Part shown: in pieces, positions 27,177 to 36,500 of the stretch | Numbering within the stretch: the first letter of the stretch is position 1 | Layout: each line of letters opens with the position of its first letter | Assembly (NCBI GenBank): GCA_040754455.1 | Contig: JBFMCP010000001.1 | Coordinates: 192,001 to 256,000, forward strand | DNA from: Nitrospirota bacterium | GTDB taxonomy: Bacteria; Nitrospirota; Thermodesulfovibrionia; Thermodesulfovibrionales; Dissulfurispiraceae | DNA: 64,000 nucleotides | Direction: 5' to 3' | The notes under the pieces: model-generated | Seen by the model: only the letters and a program-made list of their open reading frames with translations | Database searches by the model: none | Told to the model about the DNA's origin: nothing | Position numbers and translations under genes: made by a program

Positions 27177-27677
27177 TTAATCGCTGACGCCGTCCTTCGG
27201 CGGCTCTTTTTCTTCGAGGATATACCGCACCTTTACATCCATATCCTTTCTCAAAGAGTTGTACACGGAGCAGTACTTTTCGTGCGAGAGGGAGACAGCG
27301 CGGTCGACCTTCTTGGGATCGAGGTTCTTACCGCTGATATGCAGAATCATCTCGATAGCCTTAAAATACTGCGGAGGGGTAGGGTTCCGCTCTCCGATGA
27401 TCTCCAGCTTGAAGTTCGCAAGCTCCACCCGCATCTTCTGGAGGAACATGACGACATCAATGCCCATGCATCCTGCGAGGCTCAGCAAAAGTGCATCCGT
27501 AGGCTTGCAGCCCCACTGAACATGGGCGTCGAATTCAATCTCGTATCCTTCATTGGTCCGGCCCACAAAAATCAGGTCTCTGTCCCACGAAAGCGTCCCC
27601 TTGACCACCGGATTGATCTTTCCCTTGTAGTCCTTCAGCGACTCCTCTAACGAAGCATCCTTTTCCTTTCCGCTCAT
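27177..27677 (-). CDS. OsmC-like protein (YhfA-type)
   Basis: PTDALLLSLAGCMGIDV and SHEKYCSV two-Cys motifs. Confidence 0.85.
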   Translation of the reverse strand: MSGKEKDASLEESLKDYKGKINPVVKGTLSWDRDLIFVGRTNEGYEIEFDAHVQWGCKPTDALLLSLAGCMGIDVVMFLQKMRVELANFKLEIIGERNPTPPQYFKAIEMILHISGKNLDPKKVDRAVSLSHEKYCSVYNSLRKDMDVKVRYILEEKEPPKDGVSD

Positions 27678-27863
27678 CCTCTCGACCTCCTCCTTCTATA
27701 CTTTTCTATAATATCTAAGAATTGTATTGAATTATCCGCCCCGCAGTCAATTGAACGGGGGTCGGTGCATTTACAAGCCCCGAAGAATATTGTTTCCTCT
27801 TCTCACATTTGTGAATTATAATAAGTACAATAGGTTTCACAGACTTGTCCAAGGGGGAGCACC

Positions 27864-28181
27864 ATGAGAAGGTTTATTGTAGGGGCAGGGACGATTGTCA
27901 TGGCAATCATACTCGGCAGCAGTGCCCTGGCAGTTCCCACGGGCCGTATCCTGGAGTGGAAGACGGGGAGCAGTACCGTTGTCTTTGACGGCGGGGTCCA
28001 TTCATCGCAGGGACTGAAATGCACTGATTGTCACCCCAACCCGTTCATGATGAAGAAGGACTACGCAAAGATGAAGATGGTCGAGCTCATTGAGGGTAAA
28101 TACTGCGGCGTGTGCCACAACGGCAAAAAGGCATTTCCCTCGAATACGGCAAAAGATTGCGGGAAATGCCACAAGATGTAA
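27864..28181 (+). CDS. Periplasmic triheme c7-type cytochrome
   Basis: Signal peptide, VVFDGGVH, three CxxCH (CTDCH, CGVCH, CGKCH), GKKAF. Confidence 0.85.
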   Translation: MRRFIVGAGTIVMAIILGSSALAVPTGRILEWKTGSSTVVFDGGVHSSQGLKCTDCHPNPFMMKKDYAKMKMVELIEGKYCGVCHNGKKAFPSNTAKDCGKCHKM

Positions 28182-28286
28182 GCCGGCCCTGAAACATAAC
28201 TATCCATCACTCAATTCCCCTATTTCAGTGCTCCATTACTCAGGCCCCCCTCCTCTTTCCCGAATATGTGGTAAAATCGGAACAGT

Positions 28287-29915
28287 ATGAATGGTGCGGA
28301 ACTCCTGGTACGATGCCTTGAACATGAGGGTCTTCGCTTTATCTTTGGCCTCCCGGGCGAAGAAAACCTTGAGCTGCTCAACGCCCTCACGGCATCGAAA
28401 ATACAGACGGTCATCAGCCGTGACGAACGGGGTGCAGCTTTCATGGCGAACGCCTACGGCAGGCTTACGGGCTCACCGGGCGTCTGCTTCTCCACCCTCG
28501 GCCCCGGCGCAACGAACCTCGTCACCGGCATCGCCGATGCACTCCTCGATTTTGCTCCCATGCTCGCCATCACCGCCCAGGCATCGCTCCTCAGGGCGCA
28601 TAAGGAATCGCACCAATACATCGATGTCCTCTCGATGCTCAAACCCATTACCAAGTGGAACTCACGAATCGGCGCCTCCCAGGTCATCCCCGAGGTGGTT
28701 CGGAAGGCCTTCAAAATCGCCATGCTCGAAAAGAAAGGGCCTACACACCTGGAATTGCCTGAAGACATCGCCGATGCACCGGCTGAAGGTACGCCTCTCC
28801 CGCTCTCGGTGATCGAATACCCGGCACCCGATGCGAAACGGGTGAAGCGTGCTGTTCAGATGATGAGAGATGCGCGGATGCCGGTGATCCTGGCTGGCGA
28901 CGGCGTTATCCGCAACAGCGCATCGGAAGAGCTACTCCGCTTCGCACGACAGACAGGCATTCCCGTTATCTGCACCTTCATGGGAATGGGCGTCGTTCCT
29001 GCGGACGACGAGCTCTTTATCTCGACCATCGGGCTCCAGTCCATGGATTACGTCCAGTGCGGCCTCGACAGGGCAGACCTGATCATTGCTGTCGGCTATG
29101 ATCCTGTGGAGTTCAGTCCCAAGTACTGGGATGCGAGCAAACGGATCATCCATATCGATACCAATCCGGCAGAAGTCGATGCCTCATATAATGCCTTCGA
29201 ACTTGTCGGCGATATTAAAACAACCCTGTGCACCATCACCGCATCAGCCGACTTCCAGAAAGATCCCGATTATTTCATCCGCCTGAAGCGGGAGATCGAG
29301 GAGGACAGGAACGATCCGCTCCTCTATAACGGCGGGCAGGGAATCAGCCCGCTCCGCATCGTCCTCGATATACGGAAAGCGCTGCAGCGGGAGGACATCC
29401 TCATCAGCGATGTCGGCGCCCATAAAATCTGGATCGGCAGGTTCTATCCTGCCTACACTCCCACCAGCGTGGTAATCTCCAATGGGTTCGCTTCCATGGG
29501 GTTCGCTATTCCCGCCGCAATCGCCGGGAAACTCGCCTATCCCGGGAGGGCCGTGGTCGCCGCAGTAGGCGACGGCGGCTTCCTCATGTCCATGGCAGAG
29601 CTCGAGACAGCGGTGCGGCTGAATATCCCCTTCGTCACCGTGATCTTCAACGACAGCTGCTATGGCCTTATCCAATGGAAACAGATGGTAAAATATAAAA
29701 GAGATTTCTGCGTGAATGTGAAAAATCCCGATTTCGTCAAGCTTGGCGAATCGTTCGGATGCAGGGCGTACCGGGTCGAGAGAGCGGATGACCTCCTCCC
29801 CACGCTCAAAGCCGCCCTTGAGCAAAACGTTCCCGCGCTCATCGATTGTCGTGTCGATTATAGCGTGAACATGAAACTGACCGATAAGTTAGGACATATC
29901 GTATGCAAAGCATAA
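28287..29915 (+). CDS. TPP-dependent enzyme, acetolactate synthase large subunit-like (PRK08322/OgdA-like clade)
   Basis: FGLPGEEN, TLGPGATN, HKESHQ, SDVGAHK, GDGGFLM...FND TPP motif. Confidence 0.85.
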   Translation: MNGAELLVRCLEHEGLRFIFGLPGEENLELLNALTASKIQTVISRDERGAAFMANAYGRLTGSPGVCFSTLGPGATNLVTGIADALLDFAPMLAITAQASLLRAHKESHQYIDVLSMLKPITKWNSRIGASQVIPEVVRKAFKIAMLEKKGPTHLELPEDIADAPAEGTPLPLSVIEYPAPDAKRVKRAVQMMRDARMPVILAGDGVIRNSASEELLRFARQTGIPVICTFMGMGVVPADDELFISTIGLQSMDYVQCGLDRADLIIAVGYDPVEFSPKYWDASKRIIHIDTNPAEVDASYNAFELVGDIKTTLCTITASADFQKDPDYFIRLKREIEEDRNDPLLYNGGQGISPLRIVLDIRKALQREDILISDVGAHKIWIGRFYPAYTPTSVVISNGFASMGFAIPAAIAGKLAYPGRAVVAAVGDGGFLMSMAELETAVRLNIPFVTVIFNDSCYGLIQWKQMVKYKRDFCVNVKNPDFVKLGESFGCRAYRVERADDLLPTLKAALEQNVPALIDCRVDYSVNMKLTDKLGHIVCKA

Positions 29916-31495
29916 CCACCGACTTTCTCGTCATCGGTAGCGGCGTAGCAGGGCTCAGGGCCGCCATCGAGCTCGCACGCCACGGCAGCGTGGTCGTCGT
30001 CACCAAAGATATTCCGACGGAGAGCAGCACTGAATACGCCCAGGGCGGCGTCGCCGTTGCCCTCAGTGACGAGGACGAGGTGGGCATCCACTTTGAGGAC
30101 ACTATAAAGGCGGGGGACGGCCTCTGCAAGGAGAGCGCAGTGAGAGTCCTTGTCGAAGAGGGGCCCAAAAGAATCTATGAGCTTATCGAGTGGGGCGCCG
30201 AGTTCGACCGTGAGGGGACAAAGCTCTCCTTCACCATGGAGGCGGCCCATTCGAGGAGGAGAATTCTGCACGCCCACGGCGATTCGACCGGCAAAGAGCT
30301 GGTGCGGGTATTGATCACCAAGATTAAGACACTCCCGAACATGCAGCGGCTGCCCTTCTCAGCCACCTTTGACCTCATCATCAATGAGGGAATCTGCAGA
30401 GGGGCATACGTACTGGCAGGAAGCGAAAAGATCGCTGTTTTTTCGAAGGCGACGGTACTCGCCACCGGAGGAGCGGGACAGGTCTTTTCGAGAACAACGA
30501 ACCCCGCGGTGGCAACAGGAGACGGCATCGCCCTCGCCTACCGGGCAGGCGCGGTGCTCGAGGATATGGAGTTCGTCCAGTTCCACCCCACGGCGCTCTT
30601 TGCACCTGCGGCACCCCAGTTCCTGCTCAGCGAGGCAATGCGCGGCGAGGGGGCGCTCTTGAGAAACATCCATAAAGAGACCTTCATGAAGCTCTATCAC
30701 CCCGACGCCGAGCTCGCACCACGCGATGTGGTATCGAGAGCGATCGTATCGGAGATGGCGCGAACCGCGAGCAGTCATGTGTATCTCGATCTTACCCACC
30801 GCGGCGCGGAGTTCATCAAGAACCGGTTTCCGAGGATCTATGCTACCTGCCTCAAATACGACGTGGATATTACGAAAGATCTCATACCGGTTTCGCCGGC
30901 GGCACACTACATGATCGGCGGTGTAAGAACGGATCTCGACGGCGCAACCTCCATTAGCGGCCTGTTCGCAGCAGGCGAAGTCGCCTGCACCGGCGTGCAT
31001 GGCGCCAATAGACTTGCGAGCAACAGCCTTCTCGAAGGCCTCGTTTACGGCTTCAGGGCAGGAGCAGCTGCTGCACAATACGCCAATGAGGAAGCGCCTT
31101 CTTCCTCCGCCGCGCTCCCGGGTTTCCGGGCCTCCGAACTAAAGGGGCTGGAAGAGATACGGGCCACTTTGAGAAGGACCATGTGGGAAAAGGTCGGCAT
31201 TATCCGGCACGGGACATCCCTTGCCGAAGCTTATGAGAAGCTCCTTGAGTGGCGCTTTATCTTGGAGATGGATTTTTCGACGCGCATCGAATACGAGTTG
31301 AAGAATATGCTCACCGTCGCCCTGCTGATTACCGAGGCGGCGCTGCGGCGCAAAGGAAGCGTCGGCGCCCACTACCGGTCAGATTTTCCTGAGCTTGGCG
31401 AGGAGTGGCAACACCATATTTCCCTTGTGAGGCCGGCCTCTTTCGAATCATCGGCAGAAGGTGTGCTGCACAAAAGAGGGCCCGGCGCGGCCTGA
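29903..31495 (+). CDS. nadB: L-aspartate oxidase
   Basis: GSGVAG, STEYAQGG, AAHSRRRILH, QFHPT, LSEAMRGEG, HGANRLASNSLLEG. Confidence 0.92.
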   Translation: MQSITTDFLVIGSGVAGLRAAIELARHGSVVVVTKDIPTESSTEYAQGGVAVALSDEDEVGIHFEDTIKAGDGLCKESAVRVLVEEGPKRIYELIEWGAEFDREGTKLSFTMEAAHSRRRILHAHGDSTGKELVRVLITKIKTLPNMQRLPFSATFDLIINEGICRGAYVLAGSEKIAVFSKATVLATGGAGQVFSRTTNPAVATGDGIALAYRAGAVLEDMEFVQFHPTALFAPAAPQFLLSEAMRGEGALLRNIHKETFMKLYHPDAELAPRDVVSRAIVSEMARTASSHVYLDLTHRGAEFIKNRFPRIYATCLKYDVDITKDLIPVSPAAHYMIGGVRTDLDGATSISGLFAAGEVACTGVHGANRLASNSLLEGLVYGFRAGAAAAQYANEEAPSSSAALPGFRASELKGLEEIRATLRRTMWEKVGIIRHGTSLAEAYEKLLEWRFILEMDFSTRIEYELKNMLTVALLITEAALRRKGSVGAHYRSDFPELGEEWQHHISLVRPASFESSAEGVLHKRGPGAA

Positions 31496-31537
31496 TCCTC
31501 TTACAAACACCTTATTATTATTATTATGAGGAGTACA

Positions 31538-32950
31538 ATGAGACGAGCCAAGATAGTCTGCACCATAGGCCCTGCCTCGAGCAATAAAAAAATAATGAGC
31601 GCTCTCATCAAGAGCGGCATGGATGTCGCGCGTCTGAATTTCTCTCACGCTGACCACAAAACGCATGAGGCATCCGCAGCTCTGGTCAGGGCCGAGGCTG
31701 CGCGGCAGAACAAGACCGTTGCCATTCTGCAGGACCTGCAGGGGATAAAGATACGGATCGGCAATGTCGAGGGCGATGCCCTGCCGCTGAGAGCAGGAGA
31801 AGAGCTCTCCCTTTATCCTGGAAAAGATACGAGCACCGCCCAAAAACTCTTCATCTCCTATCCGGCACTCCTGCAGGACGTCAAAACGAACGAGATGATT
31901 CTTATTGATGACGGGCTTATAAAACTGCAGGTCATCGACAGGACGAGGGAGTCCCTGCGGGCCAGGGTCATCGAGGGCGGCACGCTCAAATCAAAGAAGG
32001 GCGTCAACCTCCCCGCCTCAAAGATAACACTCCATGCATTCACTGAAAAAGACCGGAAGGACATCGCATTCGGCATCAAGCTGGGCGTCGATTATATCGC
32101 GATATCCTTTGTTCGGACAGCGGATGATATCGAACGCGTGTTCAGCTGGGCGAAAAGGAGGAATCTCACCCTCCCCCCTCTTATTGCCAAGATCGAAAAA
32201 CCCGAGGCGCTCGACAATATCAATGATATCATCGAGGTGGTCGACGGCATCATGGTGGCGCGGGGAGACCTCGGCGTCGAGCTGCCGGCAGAGAAGGTGC
32301 CGGTCATTCAGAAAATGCTGATCGAGCTGGCGAACAGAAAAGGCAAGCTGGTCATCACCGCCACCCAGATGCTCGAATCCATGACACAGCATACCAAACC
32401 GACGAGAGCGGAGGCTTCTGATGTCGCCAATGCGGTGCTTGACGGCACCGATGCCCTGATGCTTTCGGCAGAGACCGCCTCAGGCAATTATCCTGTAGAG
32501 GCAGTACAGATGATGGACACCATCATCCGTTACACTGAAGAACATCTGATCCATAAGATCGCCTCTGTCTACGATGTCGGCAACCGTTTTACCGAGGCCA
32601 CCGCCGACGGAGCGGTAGAGGCGGCCCATGACATCGGTGCAACGGCGATTGTCGCCTTTACCAATCGGGGCTACACCGCCCGCCTCCTCGCAAAATTCCG
32701 GCCCAAAGTACCGGTTATTGCGTTTACCCCCGATGAAAAGGTTCTGAAACAGATGGCCCTCTACTGGGGAGTGACCGGAAAGCTGATTAAATACAAGGCA
32801 ACAAAGATACTCGAAGACCCCTGCATGCATGAGGTCGAGAGATCCCTTATAAAAGACCGGCTTATAAAGAGAGGGGACAGCATCGTCCTTGTTGCGGGCT
32901 CGCCCTTCCTCGGAAAGCCGAACATCATCCGGCTCCACAAAATCATTTAA
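31538..32950 (+). CDS. pyk: Pyruvate kinase
   Basis: KIVCTIGPAS, RLNFSH, IAKIEK, MVARGDLGVE, ATQMLESM, MLSAETA. Confidence 0.95.
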   Translation: MRRAKIVCTIGPASSNKKIMSALIKSGMDVARLNFSHADHKTHEASAALVRAEAARQNKTVAILQDLQGIKIRIGNVEGDALPLRAGEELSLYPGKDTSTAQKLFISYPALLQDVKTNEMILIDDGLIKLQVIDRTRESLRARVIEGGTLKSKKGVNLPASKITLHAFTEKDRKDIAFGIKLGVDYIAISFVRTADDIERVFSWAKRRNLTLPPLIAKIEKPEALDNINDIIEVVDGIMVARGDLGVELPAEKVPVIQKMLIELANRKGKLVITATQMLESMTQHTKPTRAEASDVANAVLDGTDALMLSAETASGNYPVEAVQMMDTIIRYTEEHLIHKIASVYDVGNRFTEATADGAVEAAHDIGATAIVAFTNRGYTARLLAKFRPKVPVIAFTPDEKVLKQMALYWGVTGKLIKYKATKILEDPCMHEVERSLIKDRLIKRGDSIVLVAGSPFLGKPNIIRLHKII

Positions 32951-32969
32951 GCCGGATAGTTCATAGATT

Positions 32970-33030
32970 GAGTGGGAGGGGGGTAAAAAGCTTCTTGCAG
33001 CACCCGTTCCCGCCCGCGCTCTCTCTACAT
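32970..33030 (+). mobile_element. Internally deleted mini-copy of the dispersed element
   Basis: GTGGGAGGGGGGTAAAAAGCTTCTTGCAGCACCCGTTCCCGCC: both inner arms joined at a single AAGCTT. Confidence 0.65.
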
Positions 33031-33099
33031 GCAAAGACACCGCCGTCATCTCCCTCTTCCATTGAAAAACTGCTGATTATTCCTGTAATATTAGAGACT

Positions 33100-34200
33100 A
33101 TGGCTAAAAAAGAAAAGAAGCCTTTGGGATTTGAACGGCAGAGGGATGAGATCGACCAGATCGACAACAAGATACTTGAGCTCCTGAACAGGAGGGCCCG
33201 TCTCGCCATCGAAATCGCCACCATCAAGAGAAAGGCCAATCTCAAATTTCATTCGCCGGAACGTGAAAAGGCGATCATCGAGCGCCTTACCTCCTTGAAC
33301 AAAGGGCCTTTCCCCAACGATGCAATAAAAGTGATCTTCAGGGAGATCATATCGGCATCTCTTTCATTAGAAGAGCCGCTCAAAGTGGCCTACCTCGGTC
33401 CCGAGGGGACTTTCACCAACCTCGCCGCTTTGAGATACTTCGGTCATTCCGCTGCGTTTATTCCTGTCGACAGCATAAAGGCGGTCTTTGAGGCGGTGGA
33501 AGCAAACAAGGCTGATTACGGGCTGGTGCCGATCGAAAATTCCAATGAAGGTGTGGTGAGTTCCACCCTTGACCTCTTTATGGATTACGACCTCAAGATC
33601 TCTGCTGAAGTGATGCTTGAGATCTCACACAATCTCCTGTCGAAGAGCGGAGACAAGGCAAAGGTAAAGAGGATATACTCTCACCCGCAGGCAACATCAC
33701 AATGCAAGATATGGCTCGAGAACAACATGCCTCATGTTTCCCTCTTCGAGGCGACAAGCACGGCAAAGGCAGCGGAAATCGCTGCAAAGGACGAGGAGGC
33801 TGCCGCCATTGCGAGTGAAATGGCGGCACGGCTCTATGATCTCAAGTTCATCGAGCGTCACATTGAGGATAGAAAAAACAATTTCACCCGCTTTCTGGTG
33901 ATCGGCAAGAGCTGCCTGAAAAAAACCGGCGCTGATAAGACATCCATACTGCTTTCGGTAAAAGACAAGCCCGGCGCCCTCTACGAAGTGCTCCTTCCGT
34001 TCAAGACGGCAAAAATAAATCTCTCGAAAATTGAGTCGAGGCCCTCCAAGAGGAAGGCCTGGGAATACATCTTTTTCATCGATATGGAAGGCCACATCGA
34101 AGACAAAAAAATTAAAAAAGCGATAGATGAAGTAAAGGAACACAGCCTCTATCTGAAGCACCTGGGTTCCTATCCTATCGGAGAAAAGATTGAGAGGTAA
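33100..34200 (+). CDS. pheA: Chorismate mutase / prephenate dehydratase (P-protein)
   Basis: RDEIDQID..ILELLNRR, YLGPEGT, PIENS, SHPQA, NFTRF, KIESRP. Confidence 0.95.
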   Translation: MAKKEKKPLGFERQRDEIDQIDNKILELLNRRARLAIEIATIKRKANLKFHSPEREKAIIERLTSLNKGPFPNDAIKVIFREIISASLSLEEPLKVAYLGPEGTFTNLAALRYFGHSAAFIPVDSIKAVFEAVEANKADYGLVPIENSNEGVVSSTLDLFMDYDLKISAEVMLEISHNLLSKSGDKAKVKRIYSHPQATSQCKIWLENNMPHVSLFEATSTAKAAEIAAKDEEAAAIASEMAARLYDLKFIERHIEDRKNNFTRFLVIGKSCLKKTGADKTSILLSVKDKPGALYEVLLPFKTAKINLSKIESRPSKRKAWEYIFFIDMEGHIEDKKIKKAIDEVKEHSLYLKHLGSYPIGEKIER

Positions 34201-34206
34201 GCAGTA

Positions 34207-35307
34207 ATGGTAAAGCCGCTTGATTACGTCGCTGTCATCAAACCCTACGTACCGGGAAAGCCGATTGCAGAGCTCGAACGCGAGCTGGGCATCAAGGGAT
34301 CGGTAAAGCTCGCTTCAAACGAAAATCCCCTGGGTCCCTCCCCCAAGGCTCTTGAGGCTATAAAAGGTTATTTGAATACCGAGTATGATCTCCACCGCTA
34401 TCCCGAGGGAGGCGGCTACTATCTGAAGAGCGCCATTGCCGAGCGCTTTGCAAAGAAGGGCGTTACCGTCGAGCTCGATGAGATGATTCTGGGCAACGGC
34501 TCGAACGAGCTCCTCGATATTGCCGTGCGGACCTTTATGGGCCCCGGCGACGAGGCGGTCATGGCAAGGCCTTCCTTTATTGTCTATGCGATGGCGGTAC
34601 AGTCGGTCGGCGGGAGACCGATCGAAGTCCCTCTCGTCGATTACCGGCATAACCTCGCGGCGATGGCTGACGCGATTACCCCGAAAACGAAGATGGTCTT
34701 TGTCGCCAACCCGAATAACCCTACTGGCACCGCCAATAAAAAGGATGAGTTCGCGGAATTTATGAAGAGGGTCCCCGACGGCGTCCTCGTCGTCACGGAC
34801 GAAGCCTATTACGAATATGTCAAAGACCCCGATTATCCGGATACACTGAAATATTTTTCGGAAGGCAGGGACATCCTCATCCTCAGAACTTTCTCAAAAG
34901 CCTACGGCCTCGCGGGTCTGAGAATCGGCTACGGCATCGCTCAAAAAGAGATCCTCGTCGAGATGAACAAGATCAGGGCGCCCTTCAACACCAACACGAT
35001 GGCGCAGATTGCCGCGTTGCATGCGTTGAGTGATGAAGCACACCTCTCGAAATCGATCGAGACGAACGAGCAGGGCAAGCAGTATCTCTATAAAGAGCTG
35101 ACGGACCTCGGCATTCGCTACATCCCCACAGAGACGAACTTCATTTATATGCCGCTGGAAACAGATTCCAAGGCAGTGTACGATGCATTGTTGCAGACGG
35201 GCGTTATCGTCCGGCCGATGGGCCCCAAGGAGATACGCGTCACCATAGGATTGCCGGAAGAGAACAAGCGCTTTATCGAAGCACTGAAACGCGTTATTGC
35301 GTTATAG
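34207..35307 (+). CDS. hisC: Histidinol-phosphate / aromatic aminotransferase
   Basis: YVPGKP, KLASNENPLG, GNGSNE, NPNNPTG, RTFSKAYGLAGLRIGY. Confidence 0.92.
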   Translation: MVKPLDYVAVIKPYVPGKPIAELERELGIKGSVKLASNENPLGPSPKALEAIKGYLNTEYDLHRYPEGGGYYLKSAIAERFAKKGVTVELDEMILGNGSNELLDIAVRTFMGPGDEAVMARPSFIVYAMAVQSVGGRPIEVPLVDYRHNLAAMADAITPKTKMVFVANPNNPTGTANKKDEFAEFMKRVPDGVLVVTDEAYYEYVKDPDYPDTLKYFSEGRDILILRTFSKAYGLAGLRIGYGIAQKEILVEMNKIRAPFNTNTMAQIAALHALSDEAHLSKSIETNEQGKQYLYKELTDLGIRYIPTETNFIYMPLETDSKAVYDALLQTGVIVRPMGPKEIRVTIGLPEENKRFIEALKRVIAL

Positions 35308-35400
35308 CGTTTATCGCGTTTGTCGCCCAGTGCATTATAGCGTGCATGCAAAAAAAATCTTACGCTGTAAACGCTGTACGTGAGAAACACTATAACGCTG
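35291..35400. repeat. 8-9 nt periodic inverted repeat (GCGTTAT/TAACGC class)
   Basis: GCGTTATT GCGTTATA GCGTTTATC GCGTTT ... ACGCTGTAA ACGCTGTA ... TATAACGC. Confidence 0.65.
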
Positions 35401-35426
35401 CACTAAGAGAGGGGAGGAGTTGAGCC

Positions 35427-36452
35427 ATGGATATCATTGTTCTGAGTCCCGATGCCTCGGAAGAGAGCATACGGCATCTCGTCAAAAAGCTCGAGAGCAA
35501 GGGGCTGAAGGCAAACGTCTCGCAGGGTACTGAAAGAACCATTGTCGGTGTCATCGGCGATACCTCAAAGGTGACCGAAGAGGAAGAGGACGCAATACGT
35601 GCGATAACGGGCGTCGAAAACGTCGTGCGCATTGTCAAACCTTACAAGCTCGCCAGCCGTGAGTTCAAGAAAGAGAATACCGAGATCACCGTCCGGGGTA
35701 TTACTATCGGCGGCAAAAAAATACAGGTGATTGCAGGCCCCTGTGCGGTCGAGAACAAAACCATCCTCACCGCTATTGCAGAAAAAGTAAGAGATGCTGG
35801 CGCTGCATTCCTGCGAGGCGGCGCCTACAAGCCGAGGACCTCCCCCTATTCCTTTCAGGGCCTGGGATTGGAAGGATTGAAATATCTCGCAGAGGCACGG
35901 GAAAAGACCGGCCTCCCAGTCGTTACCGAGATCATGGATCCCCGGGATATAGAGGGAATCGTTGAATATACCGATATCATCCAGATCGGCGCGCGCAACA
36001 TGCAGAATTTCAGGCTCCTCCTCGAGGTAGGTTCGGTGAAAAAGCCGGTGCTGCTCAAGCGAGGGCTCTCCTCGACCATCAAGGAATGGCTCATGTCCGC
36101 CGAGTATATCATGTCCCGCGGCAATCACAACGTAATCCTTTGCGAGCGGGGAATCAGGACCTTCGAGACCGCAACGAGGAACACCCTCGATCTCAGCGCC
36201 GTACCGCTCCTGAAGCAGTTAACGCATCTGCCCGTTGTCGTCGATCCGAGCCACGGCGTCGGCAAATGGGACCTCGTCGCTCCGATGGCAAAGGCGGCGG
36301 TCGCCGCAGGAGCGGACGCATTGATCATCGAAGTCCATACCAATCCTGAAGAGGCCTTCTCCGACGGAGAGCAGTCCCTCAGGCCCGACGATTTTGCAAA
36401 GCTCATGAAGGAACTGAAGCCGGTCGCACAGGCGGTAGGAAGAGACATATAA
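35427..36452 (+). CDS. aroF: DAHP synthase type I-beta with N-terminal regulatory domain
   Basis: [49 protein letters not shown]. Confidence 0.93.
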   Translation: MDIIVLSPDASEESIRHLVKKLESKGLKANVSQGTERTIVGVIGDTSKVTEEEEDAIRAITGVENVVRIVKPYKLASREFKKENTEITVRGITIGGKKIQVIAGPCAVENKTILTAIAEKVRDAGAAFLRGGAYKPRTSPYSFQGLGLEGLKYLAEAREKTGLPVVTEIMDPRDIEGIVEYTDIIQIGARNMQNFRLLLEVGSVKKPVLLKRGLSSTIKEWLMSAEYIMSRGNHNVILCERGIRTFETATRNTLDLSAVPLLKQLTHLPVVVDPSHGVGKWDLVAPMAKAAVAAGADALIIEVHTNPEEAFSDGEQSLRPDDFAKLMKELKPVAQAVGRDI

Positions 36453-36500
36453 GTAACTGCAAAACAAAAAACCTAAATTCTAAGTCAGTACGAGGTTGCT

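Noticed and set aside
27177..27677. Selenocysteine or stop-codon readthrough in OsmC, TrxB or other redox proteins
   Set aside because: Active-site positions are ordinary Cys codons and the ORFs are uninterrupted.
31512..31526. (TTA)5 microsatellite upstream of pyk as a phase-variable switch
   Set aside because: Too short, trinucleotide, and upstream of the RBS. Nothing in the sequence indicates variation.
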